DNA of 32,000 nt from Wallemia ichthyophaga EXF-994. Lineage: Eukaryota; Fungi; Basidiomycota. The first letter of the stretch is position 1. Every line of letters starts with the position of its first letter. Made by a program: the position numbers and the translations under genes. This document shows positions 1 to 12,478 of the stretch, in pieces. The notes under the pieces were generated by a model. It was not told where the DNA came from. It made no database searches and saw only the letters and a program-made list of their open reading frames with translations. The stretch spans positions 1-32,000 of the forward strand of contig NW_008806302.1 in assembly GCF_000400465.1 (NCBI RefSeq), read 5' to 3'.

Positions 1-370
1 AAGCCCAAACCTTAACAGTTTCACCTCACAAAGACCAAGACGTTTACACAAAAGGTCTCAATAATATAATCAAAATACCGCTTGTCTCTCAAAATCATTT
101 ATCTTTCTGTTGTTGTCGATGCCGATGAAAATGATGGCCTTTTTGAGAAAAGGTTTTTTTCTAGGGCAAGAAAAAGACTGAGAACACAAATTTGAAGCCA
201 AATGCGATGCTTTATTGCTTTTGACATCCGAATGTTTACCATCTCTCAATCAATTTTATTTGTGCCACGATGTTCTTCTCGCTCAACGGGTGCTGGAGAG
301 GGTGTGTAAAGAGATGTCAAACATGCATGAAAGAGAATGCACAATTACTTAAGCCTACGTTCAGCGAAGC

Positions 371-1475
371 TTAGTATTTCTTATCATCTAGCGGGTCGTT
401 GTACTTATGATTATCCTTTTTGTCGTCATATTTGCCGGTGCCGTACTGATTTTCGTTCTTTTTGCCTGGGTCATGGTTTACGTATTTGTCGATGTTTAGC
501 ATCTTCTCACCAGTATCGTAATTGCCAGCAGCAGCACCTTTCTTCTTGTCGTTGTAGTTATGGTGAGAGTCATTCTTCTTACCAGTGTTGTAGTGGTGGT
601 GTTGGTTCTTTTCAGTGTTATCGTGCTTGCTAGATTCTTGATCCTTGTGGCCTTTGTTACTCATCCAGTAGCTTTCAGACTTGCTATCATCCTTCTTGTC
701 ATCCTAGAGAAGGTGAGTTGAGTGCGTTGACTAGATAATTCTACCAACATTGTGGGCATAATTGTTGCCATCAGCTTTCTTCTGATATTCCCTGAGCAGC
801 TTTTCCAACTCCTTTTGGTGCTGCCTGAGCTGTCCTCTGTATGACTCTTTGTTGTGTTTGTTGTGGTGGCTATCACCTTTGAAATCGTTCTTGTAGTCCT
901 TCTCGTAATCATCCTTGTAATCGCGGTTGTTGCCGTGTTGATTAGCTGCTTTTTTTACAGTCTCGTATTTGTCAGTACCTGCACCTGCATCTGCACCCTG
1001 CTTCTTGTCGTTGTCGTGCTGGCCAGAGTCATGCTTCTTGTCGCTTTCGTACTTGGTGGAGTCATGTTTCATGTTGCGGGAATCGTTTTCGTATTGGTTG
1101 TCATTCTTGTCAGACTTCCAGTACTCGTCTATCTTCTGGTTCTGATAATCTGTTAGCTAATTTTCACTAGACATCGCTACAACCAACCTTGACATCCACT
1201 CTGTTCTTCTTAGCAGCCTCATTGTTCAGCTTGATCTGCTTTTCGTCCTCTTCGCTGTGCTTCTTGAGCGCCTCTTCATGGGATAGCTTGTCCTGCTCAT
1301 CGTATTTGCCGTGGTTGTCGTCGTTCTTGGAATTGGTACCCTTACCATGAATTTGGTGCTTGTTTTCAAGATCCTTTTCATCTCCACCACGCGAGATGTT
1401 GCCAGCTGAGGCCACTGATGCAATGGTGCCAGTGAAGGCGAAAGCGGTTAGAATTTTGGCGTTGTTGAAGTACAT
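371..1475 (-). CDS. Secreted, cysteine-free, D/K/N/H-rich low-complexity protein (~337 aa, 3 exons: 1475-1188, 1141-749, 703-371)
   Basis: Three track ORFs (1167-1571, 731-1072, 371-664) join in frame through two phase-0 introns, 1187-1142 (46 nt, GTTGGT..GCTAAC..CAG) and 748-704 (45 nt, GTTGGT..TAG). The N-terminus MYFNNAKILTAFAFTGTIASVASA looks like a signal peptide. No family recognised. Confidence 0.7.
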
Positions 1476-2231
1476 TGTAATATGCTGATATGTAAGGAAG
1501 AGCAAAGAAAATGCGCTTCTTAAATACACCGCTGGGCTGATACCTCCTCTGCTATCATCACACCTCGTCATTTGGTGATATTGCCAAATAATTTGGCTGA
1601 AATTGCAGATAAATCAAGGTTGGAAATATAAGTAAGGCTTTGTATTCTGGGTGTGCGTCACTGTCTATATTGCGTGTGAGATTCACGTTAGTTTTTGTGG
1701 CCGATCAACAAATTGGGCTATGAATAGATGACAGTCGCTGGCCTTTGAACAAGGAAATTACTGTCTTGACATTAGCTTCAGTCTCAAGAGATTGATGCGG
1801 GTAGTGAAAGAGTGAATTCAAGGTACATGTTAGTTAATGCTTTTCACGTTGATACAAATTAGAATCACGCTTTGGCAGCGTTTGAGAAAATATTGAATAT
1901 AATATATATGTTATGCGTCAACTTGAGATTAGCGGGCCTATAACTGTCAAAGCTTTGAGATTTTGAAGCGGCTGAATGATTGATTTTAAAGTACTTTACA
2001 TGATACATGACCACCTATGGTGTATTTGACAGTGGATTGGAACTAGAGAAGCTTTCAACACATTTTCAGTAGCTTTATAACACTCTGAAAGTGTTACAAG
2101 AATCCTTGACTAATACAAGCCCAAACTATCGGCCCTCGCAAATTTGGCCAAGACCACAAATTTCATCACACTCAAATAATGGAAAAGACGTTCAAAAGCG
2201 AGCTCATATATTTAGTTTGTACAACTTGTTC

Positions 2232-2811
2232 TTAAGCAGTGAGAACGACAACACCACCAGCTTCCTTGATCTTCTTCTCAGCAAGCTCAGAAACGAATCT
2301 GGCCTTGACGATGACTGGCTGTGAGAGTCTACCCTTACCGAGGACCTTACCGTAACCGTGATGGAGAGTGTCGACGACTGGGACTAAGTCGCTGCTCTTC
2401 TCGGTTTGAGACTTGTCTTGCTCGGAAACCAAAGTCCAGATCTTGTCGATGTTGAGGACTGGTCTCCAGTAGACGTTGTTCTTGAGGTGGTAGTGACGGT
2501 CACCAACCTTACCGAAGTAACCAGGGTGGTACCTATCGAAGTTGGTTCTGTGGTGGTGCTGACCACCAGCTAAACCACGACCACCTGGATGCTTACGGTG
2601 TTTCTACTACAGTTAGTAATTTCCAGTATAGCTTGTAAGCCTGCTTACACCAATTCTACCGTGACCAGCGCTGACCTGTGGTCTCTGTCAGCAATAACCC
2701 CTTGAACGAATATCCAAACTTACGTGACCACGTGATCTACGATTCTTGTGCAAACGGGTTGGCTAACGAAATCGTTAGATTGTCATTTAACATGTTCACT
2801 CTGCTAACCAT
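2232..2811 (-). CDS. RPL28: 60S ribosomal protein uL15 (L27a/L28), 146 aa, 4 exons
   Basis: Spliced product M|[13 protein letters not shown]|VSAGHGRIG|[34 protein letters not shown]...[29 protein letters not shown]. Introns 2808-2763, 2723-2676, 2648-2604. Exon 1 codes only the ATG. Confidence 0.97.
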
Positions 2812-3279
2812 CTTAGAACTTGGTAGTGGTGGAGAAAACTGTCTTCTTTCGATCAAAATTGAGAAGAGCAAGAAAATAAAAAATGAATATCGATATTTAT
2901 ATTCCAATGATTTGTGCAAATCTACCACTCCATTTGTATCTCCACTGCCCGCTCTTTTTTTCTATGTTTTATGCGTCGAATAAATTTGCTTCGGAGGTAC
3001 ATCACATCTGATAGGCGCTTGTGAGGCTTGTGAGGCTTGTAAAGCGATTGAAATACTGCTGCTATTTATGGCATTAAATTAAGTTAGCTTTTAGCCTCGT
3101 AGGGTTTCCCTCTAGATTCAGACTTCTCGGATAGATTCATATCCGGGAGGAGTTCAAGTGGGTATTGTAATCAGAATTAATTATCGATTAGATGGCAAGA
3201 TGGCTTCTGTAGCTGTCTGTACATCTACGGCACTCATAGGCACCCACCTTGATGCTGGACCATCATCATCTCACCAGCC

Positions 3280-5899
3280 ATGCACCACCTCTTTAACTAC
3301 AAGAACGAGCTGAGAAAGGGACTCTCAGACAAAGTCTACGTAGATAGACTTCAGAATTTACTGCCTTCTCTTCTCGACGAACTTGGCAACGACCAGGAAT
3401 TGCGTCAGCTATTGATTAGCAGCGCAGAGTCCAGATTGAAGGATACAGCGCAACAGATTTCAAGACACCTCTCTAATGATTCGCCGCTAAGCAACATTAC
3501 CTGTGCAATCCTCTTGCTTGAGCTGCTCCTCATCAACATCAACATCTACAAGAACGCACAAGACGACGATGGCGTGGATGCCCTTCTACGCCTGCCAACG
3601 CGCATATCCAATCTCAGTGATCGTTTATCTCTCGCGAAAATACCCATCCCGTCTATTCTTTTACCAGAGTGGGTGTCTTATCCATTTGCTGCGAGTTGCT
3701 GACGCGGCTGCCAGCAACTTTACAGCCAAATTCACTCGGGACTATCTCTCAACTCTATCATCACCATCCTCGAAAGTTTCTAGCTATCCCCTTGAACGAC
3801 TCCATCTGCTTGGCTACGTGCGATACAGTGAGAGATTCAACAACTTCTGGAGCGTGACTATTAAATATTGCGACAAGCACAAGAAATGCTATGAGAGAAT
3901 TAGACTAATGCTCTTGGACCTCACGCCTACTCAGCTATCTACGTATTTTGAAGAGTTTCTTAACGCTGTGAGAGATTCAAATAGAGATGTCAAAGATATA
4001 GCACGGATACTTGCTTCTTTGTTTGGTGAGATAGACGAAAGCACCTTGGACACCATCACTAGCGTCCTAGTCGGCGGAAGTAGAGTTCTGGCTGCCGAGA
4101 TGATCATGCGTTCGCTGACACTTTGGATATCATTGTCGCCTCATTCATTCACCATATTCAGAGGTATACTGGAGGTCTGGACTAACACCAGATTCATTAA
4201 GAAGGCACCAGTCGCACAACTCACTTTATACTCAACAATGCTGCTCCTGCTTATACAAAGGAATGGCGTCAAGAGACATATACCAAGAAACCTGATGCAC
4301 GAAAGCATTGTTACACACGCAATACCCACTTATCTCTCCCTTCCCAACCCATTCAGCAAGTTGCTCGGTATGCTGGTAGCTCAACATCTGGCCAACTTTG
4401 ATGGTGTCGACAGACTGGTATTTGGTGAGGACGCATTTTCAGGCAGCGGTCTTGGCAGGGCGGAGATTCAAGGTGTGATTGAATTGTTGAATAGAGCAAA
4501 GACCGACGATGGCAGCGTCCCTGACCCTATTATCGAGCAGCCACCGGAAGCTTCAACAAGCAGTTCTCCAGAGGTGCAAGAGGAGAGCGACAGTGACGAC
4601 GACTCGATAGTGGGCTATGAGATAGATGAGGATAAAACTCAAGTGAATAAACCCGACAGCGACGACGAGGAAGCAGCCAACGATCCAACAATCCTCTCCA
4701 AGCGTAAAATAGGTCGACCTGTATACATTGCAGAGCTGAACGATATGCTGCGGCATGACGGCAAGGAGGGTAATGAGGCGGCAGTGTCGCAGGAAGTGGC
4801 ATTGAAGTGGGCAGCTGCGCTCATCAACGATAAGCGGGAGCATAGAGAGCTGCTCGAGAATTCAAACAACCTCACTTTTACTCTGCTTACCCTTCAGGAT
4901 CAATTTGCTTTGAGCGACTTTGAGGAGCTACGAAGCGAGTCTCTGAGGGTGCTTGTAGTATGTTCACCTCAGCGAGCAGGATTGTGAGTGGTAGTGTATA
5001 CTTTTGAACTTCCCTAACAGCCTACCAGATGCCTCACACAGCACCTCTTCAGCACATCCCTTTCACTCAGACAGCGCTTGACCGCTCTACACGCTCTCGG
5101 ATTAGGCGTGCGCGAGCTTTCCACTGGCACATCCACAAAAATCACCAACACCACCACACCATTAACCAAGAAAGCAATCCCAGCGAAAGTAGCCAACGAC
5201 TCTGAGATCGAGGACATTCTCAAAGAGTTCTCACAGGCCAGCATATCAGACGCGAGAACAAAAGCTGGCGAGGCAGTCCCCAGCGTGACTCGAGAGAGGA
5301 AGCTAAGAGTTGGATCTGACAAGCCATCGAAGCCGCTTATAGTGGAGAGGTACTCCTCCGAGACCACACCCACTCCGTCGAACGCACTGGAGCAGTACAG
5401 AATCGTTGATCGCCAGTCGAGGGTGCAGAATGTTAAATTCCACCATATTGCCAGTGAACACTTTGTGATGCCGCTCATTAACGAAATGTGGTTCGCACTC
5501 AATCAGCAAGTCAGCATCAAGCTGGACAAGGAGTTTTTAGGGCCACTATTGCGCACGCTCGCTGTGATGCTATGGTCTGCGAGAAACGCTCCAGAGTTCT
5601 TGCACGTTCTCGCTCCCGAGTCGCTTGAGCTGGTTTTGGCTCTACCCCAGTATGTCATCGCTGACTCTGTCAGTGTCGCTCTCGCGCTCGTCAGTCTCTC
5701 GGACGATATTGATGGTGGGAGAACTCTCGCGGAAAGCTCCAAGCTGCCGCTGCTGAGACGTTGGGCCGAGACGGCGTACGAGTCGCTCGAAAGTACCCCT
5801 GAGAGTAGAACTTGCGCCGCCTTGCTTGTCAAAGTGCAAGAAATTTGGGATAGACACTCGACACTGGTCATGGCAACCACTCTGTCAGTTGGAATATAG
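3280..5899 (+). CDS. TEL2: Telomere length regulation protein Tel2 (TTT complex PIKK co-chaperone), 3 exons
   Basis: ORFs 3280-3702, 3503-4987 and 5078-5899 join through introns 3669-3714 and 4984-5028. An acidic SDSDDD linker followed by RPVYIAEL, LTLQDQF and SLRQRLTALHAL matches the Tel2 family pattern. Confidence 0.8.
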
Positions 5900-7118
5900 A
5901 CTATTCATAGAGTATATGTTTGAAATTGCATGCACAAAGATAATGAGATGTAAATAAGTTTGGTCTGAGACTCTGACCTGAGTGTCGCGCGTTGTATTTC
6001 TGTGTAAAACATCTTGCTATTTATTACACGCACTCAGAAATGGATGAAATGTAATGATTCGTGCCTGTGCCTCCCATTCATCTCACTTCACCTCATTTCC
6101 GAAAAGACACCTAACGCAGATAATAATTTCTCAGCATGGAAAAAAAGAGGAGCTAACATGAGAAAACTTATGAATATTTCGCTGCTGAAGACTTCAAGCA
6201 CCTCTGCATAAATAATAAATCCTTCAGCTCAATTATGCGACTTAACAAGAATATCTATCAGACATGGAAAAAAAGCGGTGATAATATCGAAAAGGTAGTA
6301 AAAGAAGAACAAAAACGCTTCTATGGTGAGACGGCAAATAGATTTCTACATAAATTCCACTATGAGGCTCTCAGCTCCCATAGAAATAGAGAAGTTACCA
6401 AGTGAGTAAAGGTAAGCATCTCAAATTACGATAGTATAGCTAATACAAGGAGATTTGGGGTTCATTTTAACTCTCTTACCGCTATAAACGTATCAAGGAC
6501 TATCACGAGGCTGTAGTTTGCTATCTAGAAAACGAAAAACCTTGAATCGTTAGTGCCTAATTTGAAAGGGCCACGTTAGGTCACTGCAATGCGTAGATAC
6601 GATTAAACTGAAACAAAGCAAACTGTCTTGTTCCGAGTGGGCAATCATGACGTCAAAATCACCATCGATACAATGGATTTAATAGTATTGAATGATGAAA
6701 TAATAGAGCTTTAAGATATCTTTTCTAAATTCCTCCAATTTTGGTATAAACCCAGTTCACTTTTCACGCAAAGATTCTTTTTCAATTATCTTTTTTTTTT
6801 AAATACTGAGCTTGTATTCCTCGATAAAAACTGGATTCACAGCCTCATAAGGACTCACTTAGCTTTGCTGCGATTGCAGCGACTAATCATATTCAAAGGG
6901 AAATCGGAAGAAGTGAGTTCTAACAACCAAAAGACTACATTGGCACTCGCAAGATATTAGTTCGAGTTAATGTTGATGACGAAACAACATGTAAAATAAT
7001 TCGTATATGCCATAATAATTCAATAATTTGAAACATTCATATTCTAATGGTGCATAATGGTACAGAACAATAATTACAATATTCCATTTGAGGATTTGTT
7101 TTTGGTCATGACACGCGA

Positions 7119-8244
<1,126 letters not shown>

Positions 8245-8353
8245 TTTGGCGCTCGTCTTCCCCTCCCCCTCCCAGCTATTGTAATTGTTTTGTACCATTT
8301 AGATTGATTGAACTTAATGCTTATAAACCACTGCGTGATCACTCAATGTTCAT

Positions 8354-8389
8354 TGTGTGTGTGTGTGTGTGTTCTTTTTTTTTTTTTTT
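8354..8389. repeat. (TG)9 microsatellite followed by a T15 run
   Basis: Read directly: tgtgtgtgtgtgtgtgtg ttc ttttttttttttttt, between the convergent 3' ends of H4 and the phosphatase. Confidence 0.9.
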
Positions 8390-8474
8390 GTAATTACTAA
8401 CGCTTTTCTATCAGTTTACAGTAGCGACTGCTGATCAAACGTGTACGTAATAAAAGTGATACATCCCAAATGGT

Positions 8475-10053
8475 TTAAAATTCGCTCCCAAACTCATCAT
8501 GGGCTTTGTACAGCGTTTGCTGGTCGAGCACGGTATCATTCTTCGACGCGATGAAAGCATGCGTCATGTGGATCCTGTTGTGAATCGTGAATTCGTCATA
8601 CCCAAATGCACCCTGTATAAGCCTCCTAGACTCGTCTGAAATGCTGTCTGCCATCGCATCCAGCCCATCGTAGTGTCCAGCAGCACCTGAGACGATATAC
8701 CATGGAGCTTTAGGGTTGCCTAATTCTTTCGGGTCGACATTGTCGTTAACCATTGGCGCGAGTCGCTCATAGAAGTGAATGTGCCCGTGGTATACAAGTT
8801 CGACGCCGTACTTGACGAAGAGCGGATCGAACACTTCCATGCAGCCGGGACATCCTCGGTATGTTCCGTACCACGGACGATGGCCGCAAACTATGATCCA
8901 CGGAGTCACACCCCTATTGAAATTCCCGAGCTCACCCTCCAGCCACTCGAGCTGCTCGTTGGGCTCGCCGAGGTCTTCCTGCTCAGGATCGCGGCTCGTG
9001 CCTGGCGGAGGAACACCATTTTTTATGTCTGTTTCCGTGTTGATTTGGATAAAATTCATCGGTCCCACCTCCATACTCCACCAAAAATTGGTCAGTCACC
9101 CGCTCTCCTCACCGTTCATATAAAACTTGTCCTTGAAAAACGTGAACTTGCGCTGTCCTTGAGGTATATTGTCGACCATAATCGTGTGGTTGGTTTCTGG
9201 GTCTGTGTATGTATTGCCTTTAGTTAAAAGCTGCTCGTGGTTGCCTATCCCTGCCATATACGGTGTTCCTTTTGAAAATTGTGACGTCTGATTGAAAAAT
9301 GTTTCGAGAATCAGCTCGTACGTCTCACTCATCTGCTGGAAGAGCGACACATCAAGTATGCTATTGAGATATCCAGACACGATCTCTTATAAGACAATTA
9401 ATCTTCACACTCCATATCATCGCGAAACCCACCCTTCCAACATCGTCAGCGTGTGCAAAATCGCCATTCTGGTATATAAACAGATACTTGTGCTGGTTGT
9501 CGATGAGCGCTTTCATTGTCGAACGCTCCCCCTCATCCAATCGTGCGAAGTCTTCGACACTTTTCGGTGCGTCAGTTGAAAGGCCTGTGTGATAGATGTA
9601 TTAGATATTTGGGAGCTATAATAGAAGTCCTGCAAAACACCTACCCAAAGGACCCATAACCCCCATGTCCCCTAGAGCAGCAAACTTTAATTCGCGATTG
9701 TCGCCAGGTGAGACAGTCGTTCTGAAAGAGTATGTTGGCGAGCGCTTGCAGGTTCCATCAACATCTAAGCATGACTGGTAATAATATTGCGTGTCCGGCT
9801 CCAGATTTCGAAGAGGGACTTTGTGTGTGGTGCTTCGGGCTGTCGCGTAAGATGATGATGTGCCATTGGCCTGCGCAATCAAGCTGTCCGGTGATAATCC
9901 GTAGAAAACCTTTGGCGAGCCCTCTAGCATCGCATTTCCGAGGGTATTGAAGGCAATATTCATACCTATATCTCTAGCTATTGCAATGCGATGCTGATAC
10001 GTAGAAGTAGCCGCAGTGGCTGCTATGAAGCTCATTAGAGCTTCTTTTATCAT
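8475..10053 (-). pseudogene. Purple acid phosphatase-family metallophosphoesterase, apparently disrupted
   Basis: N-terminal FN3-like segment (HKVPLRNLEPDTQYYY) and motifs GDMG, GDFAHAD, GNHE, VCGHRPWY, HGHIHFYER. Introns 9644-9585 and about 9432-9384. An in-frame TGA at 9098-9096 interrupts EESG*LTNFWWS. Confidence 0.75.
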
Positions 10054-10553
10054 GGCTGGCGGTAAGAAAGACGCTTTTTAGTGCTAGTGAAACTTCTTCT
10101 GCCGCTGCTTCTCAAATCTTGGAGGCTTCGCTTGCGGTAATAGAACTCCTAATGCAGTCCCTCTTATCACTTCCACGACTCATTGCTGTTTTTAAAACAT
10201 TTCGCACTTCTGCACGCATCTCGGCGGACTGATAGCGTGAAATCAATCTCTGCAACTCCTCCTAAACGCCAACGACGATGTATATCATTTTCCACAATAC
10301 TTTGAATTTACGTTGAGTAGCTCTAAAGTCATGTTGAAACGCCGAACCTCAGTTTGACAATCTATCAGCTTCCGCATGGCAGACCAATCGCAGGCTTAGA
10401 ATATCACGGCAACGGCAGCGATGCAGAGAGATTGCAGGGATTCGACCACCGATACAACCACCGATTTCACTCGCCGTTGCTTCCATCGAAGAAGCCGACT
10501 TTAGTTCGGAATGTACATAACTACGTCGCTATGACTTTTAAGACTCATACCCC

Positions 10554-12354
10554 ATGTCCAAGGATGAGCACAGTGAGTCTGGCGAAAGCTCAGAACTTGC
10601 AAGGAGCGAGGAGGTGCATGTCCTCCCAAAGAACAACCTCTGGCTATGTCTACCGGCTCTTCTCCTCGTGACCTTCCTTGGCAGCTTAGACAGCACAATA
10701 GTCTCCGTCTCTCTAAATACCATCTCCAAAGACCTCAACTCGAGCAGCCAGAGCGCTTATTCGTGGGTTGGCACCATCTATCTGCTGACCTGCACGGTCG
10801 TGGGGCCTGTAACTGGCAAAATGACGGATATAATGGGCATGAAGCCAATGCTATACTCTGGGATCGCACTGTTTGTTTTGAGCTCGGGACTATGTGGGGC
10901 TTCTGTGAGCATGAAGCAGTTAATAGCATTTCGAGGTCTACAAGGACTTGGAAGGGGCATGATGAGGGTCTCAACGCAGATAATCATATCTAATATTATC
11001 ACATTGCAGAATAGAGGTCTCGTGAATTCGCTAGTAGGGCTGGTGCACTCTCTAAGCAATGCCATCGGTCCACTGATTGGAGGAGCAATAGCAGAGCACA
11101 CGTCGTGGTCTTGGGTGGGTGCATTTTCTGTTGTATTACCCAATCTCACAACATCTCTAGTGCTTTTGGATCAATCTGCCCACATCGGCGATTGCTTTCA
11201 CAATGTTATTCTTCTTTCTCAACGTTAGCCAGCCTCCACACGCCTCATTTAAGGAGAAGTTCAACTCGTTTGACTACCTTGGTTTGATCTTGATTGTGGG
11301 TGGGGCTGTCTGTGTTTTGTTGGGCTTCTCCTTGGCGTCATCGCTGTCTTGGCAGCACGCGGCGACGATTTCCCTCCTGATAATTGGTTGGCTTTTGCTC
11401 ATCACATTTGGAATTTGGGAAATCAAAGCGGAGAAGAAAGGCGTGTCTGTGATGGTACCGCCGCGACTATTCAAATCAATAACACCAACAGCCATTCTGA
11501 TAGGATGTGCGGCGCATAGTCTGGCCTTTTACATTAGTGGATTTTACCTTCCATTGTATTTTCAATATGCCAAGATGAGTACGCCTACTTTTGCAGGATT
11601 ACACGTTATCCCATTTGCATTTGGGTCATCATTCGCGTCCATTCTGTATGGCTATTTACTGGCAAAATTTAAGCGTTACAGGCCTATTATATGGTTTTGC
11701 TGGATCTTTTTTCTCGTTGGAAATGCACTAGTTATCAACCTTGATGCCAAGTCATCGCTGGCAAAGCAGATTGTGTATTTGCTGGTTATGGCTGTTGGAA
11801 ATGGTGGTTTGTTCAGCACACCTCTCACAGCTTTACAGGCGTGTATGACGCTGAAGCAGACCAACACATCTACGTCTTCCTTCACATTCGTGCGTGATCT
11901 TGCGGGCACAATGGGTATCTCGCTAGGTGGAGTGATTATGCACACTGAAGCGGTAAAGAGACTGTCGAAAATTGACGGTGGGCAGCGTTTTGCTGACATG
12001 TCAGAAATTGCATCTTTGAAAGAGGCAGATATTTCGGAAAATCTTCGAATGTCAGTGCAGCAGGCGTATTCAAAAGCTATCTCGACGAACTACATATTCA
12101 CATCATGCGTTATAGCTGTAGGTTTCCTTGCGTCCCTCTCCATCAAGAAGTATACCCTGGATGTGAAAAATATCAAGGAAGGTGAAGAGGAGGAGGATGG
12201 CGAGGAGAAGGGTGATGGGAATAAGAAGGGCTTTAGAAAAGAGGAAGATGAGGGCAAAGGAGAAATTCATCTCCCAGCAACGACAGCATCGAGTGACACT
12301 ACGTTGGTTAAAACTAAAGACATGGAGAATCAGAAACCAAAGCAGCATTTGTAA
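10554..12354 (+). CDS. MFS drug:H+ antiporter, DHA2 (14-TMS) type, ~584 aa, intron 11115-11160
   Basis: LGSLDSTIV (TM1), YSWVGTIYLL, GKMTDIMG (motif A-like), LIAFRGLQG, IGPLIGGAI, SWSW|CFWINLP. A 46-nt intron joins the two long ORFs in frame. Confidence 0.9.
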
Positions 12355-12478
12355 AGCGGATTATTAAGTAGATAAATTATAATTTCCAATTTTAATTAGT
12401 ACAATGTCTTGCAGTTTGAGCGGCAAAGATGTGAAAAATTTATTAGCAGATTATGCTCCCTAGGCACAGTAAAGCATA

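Noticed and set aside
337-1156. Hydrophobic plus-strand ORFs 337-633 and 854-1156 (Cys/Val/Leu-rich, membrane-like)
   Set aside because: They are antisense shadows of the D/K/N/H-rich minus-strand gene, whose GAC/AAG/AAC codons reverse-translate to V/L/C runs.
3017-3040. GCTTGTGAG repeated about 2.7 times in the RPL28/TEL2 divergent promoter
   Set aside because: Too short to distinguish from slippage, and it matches no known ribosomal-protein promoter motif I can support.
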